From contig BQFW01000015.1 of the NCBI GenBank assembly GCA_020891255.1, forward strand, positions 1,984,001 through 2,048,000: DNA of 64,000 nucleotides. The letters run 5' to 3'. Of the stretch, positions 50,101 to 63,095 are shown piece after piece. The DNA comes from Entomortierella parvispora E1425 (taxonomy: Eukaryota > Fungi > Mortierellomycota). A program made the position numbers and the translations under genes. The notes under the pieces were generated by a model. The model had not been told where the DNA came from and did not search any database. It worked only from the letters and a program-made list of their open reading frames with translations. How positions within the stretch are numbered: the first letter of the stretch is position 1; the number at the start of each line of letters is the position of its first letter.

Positions 50101-51328
50101 GAAGTATGATATCCAAGCTAGGTTCATGCTCTGTGTCCACGATGAAGTTCGCTATATGGTCAAGGAAGAAGATACCGCCCGAGCTACCCTGGCACTCCAG
50201 ATCAGCAATCTCTGGACCCGTGCTCTTTTTTCGTACAAACTGGGTATCCACGATCTCCCACAGGTATTCAGATTTTTTTTTGTTAATGGACGAGTATTGA
50301 CAGATATTGTGTGTCAGGAAAGCGTATGTGGCTGATACTAATGTCGTCTCTGTCGATCCGATTAGTCCGTGGCGTTCTTTTCCTGCGTCGACGTTGATCA
50401 TGTGTTCCGCAAGGAGGTATTCATGGATTGCCTAACACCTACACAGCTGGTGCCCATCCCTCATGGAAAGAGTCTCACTATCGAAGATGTATTGCCTTTG
50501 ACAAATGGAGGAAAACTTGGGGATGTAGCTCCAGGATTCAAGGAAGCAGACGACGCTTCGTTTCCTTTTGAACTTCGTACAGCAGAGGAGCGCCTACGCA
50601 TTCAAAATGCCGAGCGTGGGCTCGAGGGAAGTGCTGTCCCGACGTCAAACATCCAAGAAGCAGATGAAAAGGCCCGATCAACATTCCTGGAAGTCCAGTC
50701 CCTGGCAACCATGAGAGAAATCAAAAAGTTCCTCAAGCAACAAAAGGCGGACGAATTGGCGGCGTTCAATGCAAAGATTGAGGCGGAAAAGCAGGCCGCT
50801 GCCGCTTCATCGGGTGATGGTGAGGGTTCTGGAAGCGGTAAAGCTGGTCCAGGTGGTGGATCTGGTGGCGTCCTGAGCTCTCCTGCGGCGAAATTGGCCA
50901 AGTTAAAGTCGGCACCCAAGCGTCAGATCAGGGATGCCACACCCGCCTCAAGAAATGGCAAAAAGACAATGGTTGGTTCGTGGGGCGTTGTCAAGTCTAC
51001 AAAGTCAAAGGAGAAAGTGACGACGACTGAAGGCAGTTCTAATTTCGACAATATTTCACCTCTGGACACCGCCTCACCAGAAGAACATTTGGATGAATCC
51101 GACGAGATGGATCTCGATGACTCTTTTCTCAAAGAGCCCCTGCCCAAGGTTCCATCTGAGCACCACATGACTCCCTCATTCCCGGACTTGTACATGATCC
51201 TCCGTCCCAAGGAGGACGAGGAGGAGTATATTGAACAAATGGACGTGAATCGTACGATTGACAAAAAGTCCCGCCTTCCTCTTCCCTTGGAACCAGTGCC
51301 AAGAAATGGAATGCACATGCAGTTTTAG
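47158..51328 (+). CDS. MIP1: Mitochondrial DNA polymerase gamma, 3 exons, with presequence and C-terminal extension
   Basis: Exo motifs LAFDVET, VGHNVGYDRARV, YCGRDV. Pol motifs VGADVDSEELW, RDQAKVFNYGRIYGAG, CVHDEVRY. Also SRVNWVVQSSGVDYLH. Confidence 0.98.
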
Positions 51329-51685
51329 CCCAGACCTTCAAGACGAATCGTCATGTCTACAAGCAACGTTCTGCTGCCTCCCCTGCTTCAGCCACGACTC
51401 TTGGACCCTCCCCCACCACTATCTGAGTATTGAAGAACGCGAGAACTTGATGGGATGTCGTTATTGAACTCTTTTATTTTTGTACATGTCTCTCGTTTGC
51501 TTCCCTGTTCTTGTACAGAATCCCTTCCCCATTTTCATGTGTTTTTCTTTTCTTTTCATTGTAGAGTATTGTACGTTACATCCCTCCCTTTTCATTCATT
51601 CACTCGGGAAAGTCTTTTTTTTCTCAATAAACATTCATCCAGACTCCAATCCATATTGTGCACTACTGTTTATTTGAGTTTTTTT

Positions 51686-53287
51686 CTAAAACTTTGCTTC
51701 CAATTTTGCTTGGAGCGTGGTTCTATACTTGTCCCGGAACATGTCCAGGTCGACATAGCAGCCCTTCAGATGTCTCTTTCCCTTGGTTGGATCAAAGGCC
51801 GTGCGGGCGTGGAGGACACGTCTGTTGGCAAAGATCATGCACTCGCCTGGACGCATGGTATGACGGTATTGGAGATCGGGTCGTTCAATGTAACCGGCAA
51901 AGTTCTTCAAGGCCTTATAAAACGCCTTCATCTCTTCCGTGGTAGCGAGCTCCAGAGGGCCCTGGAATGGTGGTGCGTAGTTGACGGTCAAGGTATCGTT
52001 GTAGGGGTCGAGAGCAATGGTGGGGCGGTTGAAATGAAGGTGATGATCGCCGTTCCTGTAGTGAAAAGTCGTCGAGGTCTTTGTGAGGATCTCGTAATCC
52101 TCAGGGTGCTCTTCCTTCAAGAGCTGAACGGCCTTGAAAGAATCCATGAAAATGGAGGTCCCTCCGGGAACACTGTTTTCGAGACTGTGCAACAATTGGA
52201 GGCCTGGTGGAGCTTCGAAATACCTAACATGAACAGGATGGCAGGGTTGTGTTAGTTGTTCATATCATGGTTCCGATTCCTTTTTTTTTTTTTTTTTTTT
52301 TTTTTGAAAAAAATGAAGAAAGGACTAAGACTTACAAGAGATCCATATGAAGTCCGAGGTTGAGATTGGTATAAGCAATGTTTTTGGCATCCGGTACACT
52401 CTTTACATCCCAGGTCCGCCCGTAGAACGTCTCTCTCAAATGTCCGATTCTCTCTGCGACTTTGACCACCTCCTGATCCTCTGTGGGGACGCCCCTCACA
52501 AAGACCAATCCATAATCCTGCAAATGTTTCAAGGCCTTCAACAGCCCTTCCTCGGTCTCGCTGTACTCTTTGTAATCCAACCACAGCACCTTTTCAGTCA
52601 TCAGTTTTTCGTCCCACAGGACGGGCGGGTGATTCATCCGGGTCTCTGAACGGTGTTGTTGAGGTGAGGATCCATAGGATCCCAAGACCATGTCCCAGCT
52701 ATACACGGACTGGTGACCCGGTTGACCCTTCTTGGGATCTTCCCAATCCCCCACATCCTCCAGACCTTTGGACCAAGTCAATTCCAGGCCTTGGGGCGTG
52801 GCCTTGAAAGAAGTGGCGTGAATGTCCAGGGGGATCTGAGAAGAAGCGTGCAGCTTTTGACGGGTCGAAGGGTGAATACATTCGTGGCAAGGGCAGTTGT
52901 CACGGAGCCAGATCGGGTTCAAAGTCGTGTCCTTGGACGCTCCCGCTGCAGAGATGACAATGTCGTGGTCTTTGGTCAACTGAACGGTGGGGAGGGATCC
53001 AATGGATCCAAGCGAGGGCTTGTCCTGTCCGATCTGCTGCAATTGACGACCGGTGGACGCGAAAAGTTGGGTCCTGGAGGTATGAAGGGTTCTGGCGGCA
53101 TGGTGAAGAGCGGTCCTTGCGGTGCGCTATTGCAAAAAAAGGATACAGGGCGTTAATTTCTCAGAGTTTCACAGCGTCGGAATACAGGACACAAAAAGAG
53201 ATGAATGAATGAATGTACCGAGGCTGCATGCCGTGTGACAGAGGCAGCCAGAGGAGCAGAGAGTTTGATGGCAGCCTGTCGCAACAT
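51686..53287 (-). CDS. Fe(II)/2-oxoglutarate dioxygenase of the gamma-butyrobetaine/trimethyllysine hydroxylase (TauD) family, mitochondrial presequence, 3 exons
   Basis: WLRDNCPCHECIHPSTRQK (N-terminal Zn domain), LRETFYG, LGLHMDLLY (HxD), FANRRVLHARTAF, RHLKGCYVD. Confidence 0.92.
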
Positions 53288-53553
53288 GATGGAGTGATGG
53301 CGAATGAGCAGTTGTGGAAGGAAGCAGTTGATCAGGTTGAAGCAGAAGAGAAAAAAGAAGAAAGAAGTGGGGCGCGTCCCAGCAGAGGAAGAAAGGCACA
53401 ACCCACCGGCAATGAAATCATGTGAAGTCGGGAACTCTTTTCATTTGCCCGCGCATGGAGGTGGATCGCCGTGTTCTTCCTTTTTTTTTTTTTTTTTTTT
53501 TTGTTCTTTATTCTTTTATTCTTCTGGTAGGCCATCCTTGTCTGCAGCTGCAT

Positions 53554-56500
53554 CTACGAGTACAGGTATAGGTCGCCCTCGTTGCACCCCAGGACCAGCA
53601 ACTGGTTCATGGGAAGGATGCCGATCGATGATATCGACGACCGGATGGCCGAGCTCTTGAACTTGGATGTGTACGCCAGGGACTAAAAAGGATATGAAAC
53701 CAAGCACCCACCAAAGAATGTTAGAACACAGGAAATGGACCATTGCGCCTCTTCTCGTGGATCGGGTAGCAATAAACAACACTTTCTTACATCGTCATTG
53801 ATTGGCGTGAACGAGATCGAGTTGTTGTGGTGCATCGTAATGATCTCGTCCTTGTAGATCTCAAGCGAGATGATTTCGGATGTGCCTCGGATGGATTTTA
53901 TCAGCGTCGACGTCTTGACATTCCAAATACACACCATATGGTCCGCTGGTGCCGACGTGATCAGGATATCGTTTGTATAAAACTTCATCTGTACCAAGAT
54001 GACAAGGCATATGAAAGTTAGAACATGTACCGACAACCAGGTTCATTTAACCAATGGGTCAGTCTCAACAGTACTGATGTGTTGCACATACCTGGGTAAT
54101 CTCGCTGTCGGAGGCTCGCCATTGACCTACCAAGGTGCCGGTCCGTGATTCAAGCAAAGAAACCGTTCCATTTGAAAAGCCAGTTGCGATTATTGTTTCT
54201 GCTGCGTTCGTCGTTACAGTTTTGATGGTCACGCCGAGGGAGGTGGTCGCCCTCCAGTTGTAGAGGTTCAAATGTGTATGACTATCCAAAAAGCTCAAAG
54301 CACCGTCGGCCATGCCAGCTACAATGTACCGAGATCTAAAGATCGGCACCATGGATACCACGGGTACCTTTCCAGTATTGAAGATATGTGACATCTTTCC
54401 AGTTTCTGGCTCCCAGAGCTGTGATTCCAATGAAGAAGAGAGAGCAAACATCTAATTAGTGTATCCTTGCGCAGTCTGCGATAGTTTCCTTAATTTTAAC
54501 TTACGTGGATCTGTCCGTCGCAGCTGGCGACAATGTCTCCAGTTCCATGAGATCCTCCTCCAGTTGCAAAATGAAGATCAAAGACTGCACCTCTTCGATG
54601 ACCATTATAAGTCATCAGGCAACCTGAACCAGAGTCGGCATAGTCCGGATTTTCAATCGTCCTATGAATATCCAGAGACCACAACTTGACAGTCCTGTCC
54701 TTTGATCCAGTTGCCAATATTCGTTGATACTCGTTTGATCCAATGACTTTGACACTCGATGTATGCCCTAAATGTGGATCCCCAACTGTTAGACTCACTT
54801 TCAGCATAGAAGTCGGGCATCTGCAGCTTGCGTTAACGTTTTTTTTTTTTTTTTACCTTCAAATCCTTGCAGCTTCCAGTCGTTAAATGCAAACTGCATA
54901 GACTTGGCCATCTCCTCTTGGTTCGTTGACAGAAAACGATTCCAATTGCTATCAAGCAGTAGATCGTATGTTGTGAGAAAGAGTCGTTGACCTTGTTCAT
55001 AGGCTGTTACCGCAATACCATGGATGTGGCCAATTACCTCAATTGCTCTAGCCTGGCCGCAGTTTTGGCCTTTCCTGGAGATCCAAAGTTTTGCCTGTTC
55101 TTTCTTGCAGGACCTGACCCCAAGACTGGCGACAATGAACCCGTTGAAAGAACCTCCGTAGGAGATTTAGAGGCTTCCTGGCCAATCGTTAAACTATCGT
55201 TGATTCTCTCACTTTGAACATAGACACTAGAGTCTCTCCCTGGGGCCACCAGTCCTCCTATGACAGGTGACGTGGTATTGGTCGAGGTTGCTGCCAGCGT
55301 GCTTACTGAGGCAGAAGTCGAGACAGAAGCCAGAGCAGACGCTGCTGATGGAAAGGGTGGGCCACCTTGTACCCCGCTCCCTAGATTACCGCTGTTACCG
55401 TTGGTTGCCCCAGTTGAGTTGGGCTTGTTCTTGGAATCAAAAAGAGACAAAGCCTTGGACATGCTTGCAGACGTGGCAGACCAGAGATCCTTTGTTGAAA
55501 AAGGCCCAGCCTTCTTTGCCTGCGCCATATCTTTGGCCTGCTGACTCTTCTGTTGTTGCCAAAAAGTCGAGTTGGAGCTCGCAAGCACAAACTTTCCTTG
55601 TGCTGTGATGCTTCCTAATGATCGCAGAGGCGAGTTCCCGAACTCTTTAGAATCCAATCTGGCCGCAATGAGTCTCTCGATGGCATCACTGGTGCGTTAA
55701 AGAAGACAGGGGGACATGTTAGTGCAAAATAATCCTCCATCCCAATTAGAGAATAGTTAGGGTGTATTATACCTCGCGGGGATCATGCTTTGCATGGCTT
55801 CTTGTCCTACGCATGAGCATAGCTGACCATAGGCATACATCATCTTCATGTAGCCAAAAAGAGCGATCAATTGATTAGTCCACAGTATCTCCTCACAAGG
55901 CCTTTCAGGCTACGCAAAGAGCACCCACCTGCTCGTTTCGTTGAGTTTCCTGTGCAGTCGCCGCCTTTGAACTCATCTCGTCAATGTCGGGCCCAAATCC
56001 AGAGAAATACTTTTGAAGGATAGGTGCAATCTTTGAATAATAATATCAGTGGAATAGGTTAGCGCACAGTTCAACCGGGCCCGGGCTGTATTCTTCCAGG
56101 AGAACTATGTGTTTTCGCGTACCTGCTTTTCCCAATCTTGCCGAGTCAGAGAAAAACTAAGTTGTAGAATAAGATCCAGAGCTGTCCGACTGACCGCCAG
56201 TCGAAGAGCAGCCTGTGCGTCTGACCTGTTGGAAGGTTTACTTGGGCTAGGCTCAATCAGTCGATACATGATCTCAGATCCTCCATTCTTCAGTTCTGTC
56301 ACCAATTGAGTGTCGTAAATGTGTGGAATAAGCTATACCAAATTCGATGTAGATTAGTACCAATGCCACTCAAGAGCTAGATAGGAATGGGTTAAGGTGC
56401 AATGTAAAAACTACTTACCGATCCAAGCAGTCCAAGCAAGTTCCTAAGCGTAAGACTGGATCGTGCAGTGATGTTGGATGATGTAGACTCCATGAGGTGC

Positions 56501-59500
56501 ATGATATGACTAAATTGCACCAACGCGAAAGTTGACCCAAACTCGTGTGCGATACCGCCCAGAGTTTCCTTCAGCAATGCCAAGGACACTGGGTCCTTGA
56601 AAGCCAGTCTAGAAAACGGCTTCATCACATGCTTTGAGGTCAGGATAGGCCCTATAGATCGACTGTAGGAGCAGAAATAATCAAAATCAGCGATGAAGAT
56701 GGAATAACTCAGAGGGCAGTAGGCACTGTAAAAAAAAAAAAAAAAAAAAAAAAATGGTGAAAGAGACGTACCATACACCGACAAAAGCTTCGCTGGCAAC
56801 CTTGGCAATGTTGGCCATCTTGGGAATACTCTCACTGCTTCGCTTCTTGATAGGTTCCTCCTCTACAACAGCAGACACAGCTGATGCTGAAGCACCATCC
56901 GCTGTTAATGATGATGTGGACGACTTGTCATCAGCCAGCAGTTCGACTTGGCTATAGTCTACAACAAGAGCATCCAAGTAGTATTGGAAAAGCTGCTTGA
57001 GGAATGTGCTGGTTCCAAATCGCCGCAAGAACTCATTGAACACGGTGATGTTGAAAAGTTCTGCGGGAAGGGTTGGTTTGGAGGTCTGTTGAAGAACACA
57101 GAGAACACTGGTTAATGGGGTTTCCTCATCAACACTCTCAACACAAACACACGTTCAAACTAAGCGAAGCTCCCTTTACCTCAAACAGATTAATGATAGG
57201 CTTGAGTAGATGTATCTTTGTCTTTTTGATACCGAGTCGTTGTCCGAGCTTTGGAAGGAGGCTCAAGGCACTAACCCTCGTGCCCTCTGTCGTAAAAAGA
57301 TGTATGAATACTGGCAAAGCAATCTCAAATGTCTCATCCTCGAATCCACATATTCTATCGACCCATCGGCTCGCGAGATCCATTTGCGTGCACTCGGAGC
57401 TATTGATGGTCCAACGAAACAAGTTTTGCGAGTCAGATTACATGTATCAACACAGTTGAATTCTTTTGTACAGACGATTTTAACATACCAGCTGTAAAAT
57501 CCCGCCAAAAAATCGTAAATCTCGGCCACTAGACTGGGTACAAACATAGATATTGTGGGAGATTGCGGTGCTAGCGCTGGCAATGCCTTTTGAAGGATGT
57601 CCTCAATTTTGGGCCTCGATTCCCAGTTTTCTCTGAGCATCGCCACAATTGTTCCACTGACTGCGTTGGGTATCTAAGGCAGGAAGAACAAGAGCCATAC
57701 GTCAGATTATCTCCAGCGTGCCAACATACACCAATCATGAATCCTACACTTACATGACGGGATGTCGTCAATTCGGTAACTGATACATGTGGCTTCATGG
57801 ACATTGCGATGCTGTTGTTGGGGATATCCTCAGCAAGGTAAATTTGCTTAAAGATCTCACCGAGGCAGTAAACATCCCAGCTTTGCATATACTCGAACGA
57901 GTCCTCCTTTTGTCCCAGGGACCCGTTCGTTTCTCGCTTTTGTATGTCCTTTGAAATCCTTGCCCGAGCTGCAGAACTGTCCAAAAAATGGTATTTTGAT
58001 CCAAACTGAAAGGTCTTTTCAAAATGATCCAGCTCTTCTACAAACGTCAAATCTTGTAGTTCCTTTGGAAGATCGATTGGCTCTGATTGCAGGAACTGAA
58101 CAAGGGCTTCAGGCCGAGTGGATGCCAAGGTCACGTTAGCGTCTTGAGCCAAAGCATTGATAGGCGAAATCATGTTGTTGGCCGAACTCGCCACTATAGC
58201 GGCCTGGGCTGCACTCGATTGCTCCCGCTCATGACCATTTGTAACAACAATAGACGACGGTCTAGACCCTGTTGGTTGCCGAATAGATTTGGACCGCGTC
58301 GGTCCAGCGGGCCTAAAGAGCAGATCAGAGACTTTTTCGACAAACTGTGGCCGCTCACTCTGGGGTCGATAGAAATTACGGCGCTTTGTAATTTTGGAAG
58401 CCCTCTCAAGATCAGTCTGAGATATTGACTGGGATCTGAGGTATTCACTATCGGAAGAAAGGAGTCAGCGGTTAGTCGAAAAAATACTGTCAGTGTGGAC
58501 CATTCTGGTTATAGAGCGACACAAAAAATCGCAGAAATACAACATACGCCTTCGATAGCGACCAGTTCTTGATCTTTTGCGGATGTGAGTCGGTGAATAA
58601 CTGGATGATGCCATGCTTCATAAAGGCACTCTGACCCGGAAACAATGAGAGCGCCACATTCTTGGACTCGATCGCGCCTTTGCCAGATAGTCTGTATCCA
58701 AAAGTCAAGTCAATCCACTCGTGAAGATGAGCCGAGACGTATTCACTTTCCAGCGCCTGCCTGTGAATCCGAATAAATTCCTCTGGTGTATCAGCCCATG
58801 TTGGTAGTGCCATGTCGGGCATGTCAGAATGGATGGATTTGAAAATACTGGGGTCCGTGTAGAACTCTGGTATACACTCATCAGGTGTCCACTCGTAGAG
58901 TCTCCGAATGGAGGAAGGATATTCGTTCGCCTCATATTTGGATCGCACAAACTGGCAGAGGACTGGGATCGGAATCTGGCGAGCCATGTACACGTAGTAG
59001 GTAATATCGGACAAAATATCTGTAATATGGTGAGGGATAGGTCCATCGAATGTGACATCCAGCTGCTCGTCGCCTTTGTTAAGACGGAACTTTGTTTTGG
59101 TGAAGTCTCTCCACCCGTGTTGAACTTTGGATCCTGTAAAATCGGTGACCCATGGGAAAATCGGATGGACATTGGGGTCGCCCTGTCGCCGACCTATTTT
59201 TTGTTAATATATTGGTAAGCAAGATATCCCTAGGAAAAAGGAAAAATGATAATAAATAATAAGGGGGCCAAAAAGGCCTTACCTGCAGCGTGATTCAGCA
59301 CCATGAGATATGTATAGTTTGATATCTCGCCCTTTGCCCATTTCATGACAGTCGATTCCTCCTGAACAACTACGAGTGTAGAAACAACGCTGTAAGCAAT
59401 TAAGTCATGTTTCCAAAAGAGTAGGATGCCCATGGTGAGAAGCGTCAGTACCTTTTGGTATACTAAGCTCCTGTGAATGGCGACGCGAGGATCCTTTTCC

Positions 59501-60784
59501 AGAAAGAGTGCTTTCGTACGGAACTGAGCACTTGATACCAGTCAAGGTAATCCAGAGGTTTTCGTCAATGTACACATTAGACGGCCTCAAGCATCCATGG
59601 ATAAGGCCATTCTCATGCAGACCCTTAACAGCCTTCAAGAGCTGGTATACGAGGAACCCCTTTTTGAGAGACGTATTAAGGTTGCCTGGATTGAATCGCA
59701 AAAGATCCTGAAGCGTCGTCAATCCTGTTGCGCCTCCAAGACGATGAGGCGACACACAAAAATAGGCTGAGTCTGACTCCAGAATCACAGTGGCTGAAGC
59801 AATGTTGGCAGGCGCAGGCGTTGGTCTTCCTCCAGAGTTGCGTTCCATAAGAACCAGCCGTGGGGGACGCTGGTCCTGCGAGGAGGGTACAACTCTGTAA
59901 CGAAGTGTATCTGGGTATATAATGTCAAGTACACGGGCGATAAGCTCCTTGTTCCGACTGCAGGCGCCATTCCTCATTGAACCATTGTGCGAATCCGAGT
60001 CCGTGTCCTCCGTCGAGTCGTCGCCCTCGAGGATGGCGGTGAATGCTTTGTAGTTGGGGGTAGGTTGTGAGGAAACATCGTCGGACTTGAATGCACTGCC
60101 TTCCTCTGAATCCAAAAGCTCTCTGATGTACGCTTTTGCCGTGATGTTCCAGTTGCCATTGTCGGGCACTGAGGTTCTGGTGATAAATGAATCCGGTACT
60201 TCGTTGATTTCCGCCAGTGCTTTTCCGAGAGACTCCTTGAAGATTCGTACCCTGATTTTTTGAAGGAAAGTATTGAGAAGTTCAGCTAGGCTGCGTGACA
60301 AACAATCATAATAAAGCAATGTCAAGCCCTCTGGATCGCACCTTGTCCATCCTTGCTGTCGAAGAGACTTTGTCTTTGAAATGACGTTGATGAAGGCATT
60401 CACTTCTCCAGAAGAGCTCTTTGTGTCAACAGGGGATGTGGGAGTTGTCAAAGAAGACGATTCTTTGGGGGCGTTGACCTCGAAAAGCGCCGTAGCTGTT
60501 CCTGCCAACAGTTGGTCGAGCCATGACTTTTGAAGCTGCATATTCGGATGGGCAAGGGCGAGAGAGGTTAGTCAAACTGAAGGCAATCAAACCACTGGGC
60601 TGAGCATGAGTCCCATAATGATCTGCCCGAGGAAAGCACAGCCATTCTTGCTCCTTCTTACCACGCAGCACGCAGTGTGGCCGAGGGAAGAGTCGAGTGA
60701 GAAAGAAGGAAAGGCAACTTTAAGATGCAGGTCCTGTTCAATGAGGGCTGTGAGCTCCTGCGCATCAAGTCCTGCGCCAAACAT
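53554..60784 (-). CDS. WDR81: WDR81-like protein: kinase-like region + BEACH + WD40, multi-exon
   Basis: KWAKGEISNYTYLMVLNHAAGRRQGDP, GWRDFTKTKFRLNKGDEQLD, SDITYYVYMAR, WTPDECIPEFYTDPSIF, LHEWIDLTFGY; WD40 ILATGSKDRTVKLW; end NQLLVLGCNEGDLYLYS*. Start and middle exons are approximate. Confidence 0.88.
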
Positions 60785-61068
60785 GTCGATGGGCTGTCTC
60801 CCTTGAGGCGGCTTGCTGGAGGAGTTGCAGATTGCGGTGATGGTCGCTGTGAGGATGTCGAGTGCAGGCTGAGGTTGGCAATCGCGTGTGGGCTCGAATG
60901 CATGTGTTCCCATGACGCGAAGAAATGTGACTGCTGACCACATGCATGCATGCCTTATTGAGCTGATGAATGGAAAGGACGTGCATGGCACAAAAGGACC
61001 TTTGTTCTTCTTGCTTTCATTCATTTACAGCAGACAAATAGACACATAGACGGACACACGATTCATTC

Positions 61069-62644
61069 ATGGACTTCCTTGCCGGGTATGCAAGCGACTC
61101 GGATTCCGAAAGCGAATTGGCTGGACCAACCCGCGGAGGATCTGATCCCAAGGATCAGGACGAGGAGAATATTCTTGCGGCCATGAAGGATCTTCAGTCC
61201 TTTGCCGCCATGGTTGACCCCACTTCGGCTTCCTCTTCAACCTCAGAACCTAAGAGTAATCCAACATCAAGGACTTCTCAGGCTCAGGGTAACGGTGTGC
61301 CAGGAATAGAAAATCCAGAGGATCAACAATTCCTGTCGTTCCTGAAAGAGATTGAGGCAATCCCAATTCCAGAAACTGATACAGAGCCACTGCCACCGCC
61401 ACCGCCACCGTCATCATCATTGCAGACCGAAAATGGTCTGGTGCCGCCACCTCCGCCGCCACCTCCGCCGATTTCAGACGATTCTCAATCAACAATAGCG
61501 TCTCTGTTGGATTCAGGAAAGGCCGTCCATGCTATCTACAATAGGCTACAGAACCTCAGTCTCTTGCCCTCACCAACGATAGACACAAAAGATTTAGAGC
61601 GCAGGTTGCTGGAGTTTGAGGTCCGGATAGAAGATTGGGAGAAGGATGGTCTGGAATCCTGGTACTTTTTGGGTGCTGATCGGTCGCAGGCTATTCATTC
61701 AGCTCAGGGACGACAAGCAAACGGCGTAGATCAACTAGAGATGACTGCCATACCGCCTTTTGGCGGGATCGTCGGTGCAATGGAGAAACGTGTTCAGGAC
61801 CTGGAACTCAAAGCGGCACCGTTTGGGTGGAGAGCTATATGGGATCCGGAAGAGGAGGCTTATGGATTTGAGCATGTACGGACGGTAAGCGTTGAACTTT
61901 TTTCACCTTAGCTTTAACTTTTTTTGAGGAAGGAAGAGTACCGAATGTGTGCGGACCAAATCTCTTGAACCTCTTTCACGAACACATGCTAATGTATTCT
62001 GACGACTACCTATTCTGGCATCATAGGGCACATACTCGCCAGTTTATCCGTCCTTAGAACAGTTATTGTACCTGGACCCTCCTGCGCCGCCACCACCCTC
62101 CACTTCCTCCAACTACAAAAGGACAAAGACCCCGTATACCTCTTCAGCATGGAGTGCGTCAGCATCGTCGTCAACACCGCCATCCAATTTCGTTTCGTCG
62201 ATATCAGCCTCTCCAACAACAAGTGCTGCACCCGCGTCAACACACAACCCCTGGACTTCTCCATCCACCTCCAGTACAGGCAACCCCGTCAACGCAATGG
62301 CAACCGATACCCCTCCAAACATCAAAAAGAAGAAGCGGAAACTTGCAGAGGAATCGACACCGCCCACCAATGACTTTGCTGATCAACATATTCATCCTTC
62401 TCGAAGAGCTGCACTGGGGCCGTCTCAGGCTGCTTCGTCCTCATCCACCTCGACTTCAAAACCCATGCCCAAGAAACTAGCCAGCTTGTTACAAAAATGG
62501 AACGAAAAAGACAAGGATCCTTCTGACGACGAAGAGGACGAGGATGAGGAAGAGGACCGTCAGGAACATGAAGGAGCAGGGGCAAGCGGAGCAAATACCG
62601 AGAGCCTTGGAGGTGATTGGCGTGAGCGAAGACTTCATAGGTGA
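61069..62644 (+). CDS. Proline-rich WW-domain protein, FNBP4-like architecture, 2 exons
   Basis: MDFLAGYASDSDSE start, poly-Pro tracts, intron-split degenerate WW (GWRAIWDPEEEAYGFEHVRT|GTYSPVYP), KKLASLLQKW, acidic tract, GGDWRERR end. Confidence 0.6.
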
Positions 62645-63095
62645 TCACAATAAGCTTTTCTAAAAAAAATAGAAAATGTTACGACGCGTGCATGTGTACA
62701 AATCAGTCCACATGGAGCCACAATGACAGAATGCAGCTAGCAGCGGCCGCGAATGCAGTGACAAAATGAATCTCACTCCTGAAACAGCGCAAGGGGGTGC
62801 GCTGGCCAACCCGAGCATGCAAAAGGGGCGTATGAAGATGGATGGGCCGAAGGAAGGGGTGGTTTTTTTTTTTTTTTTTTGGTAAAAAAAAAGGGCACAG
62901 CTAGGCAGCTTGGTTTTATTGAAAGAAATCCTTCCACCTCTATGTTCAAGGGAGCTTTTGCATGTGCTAGGTATTGATATGTTGCAATGAATGGGGAGTG
63001 TCGTAGTTCTTGTTTGTTTGTCGAACTTGAATGATATAATGAGGTTGTTGGGGTTGTTGTCGGATGATGTGGTGACGTTGATGAGAACAGCACAT

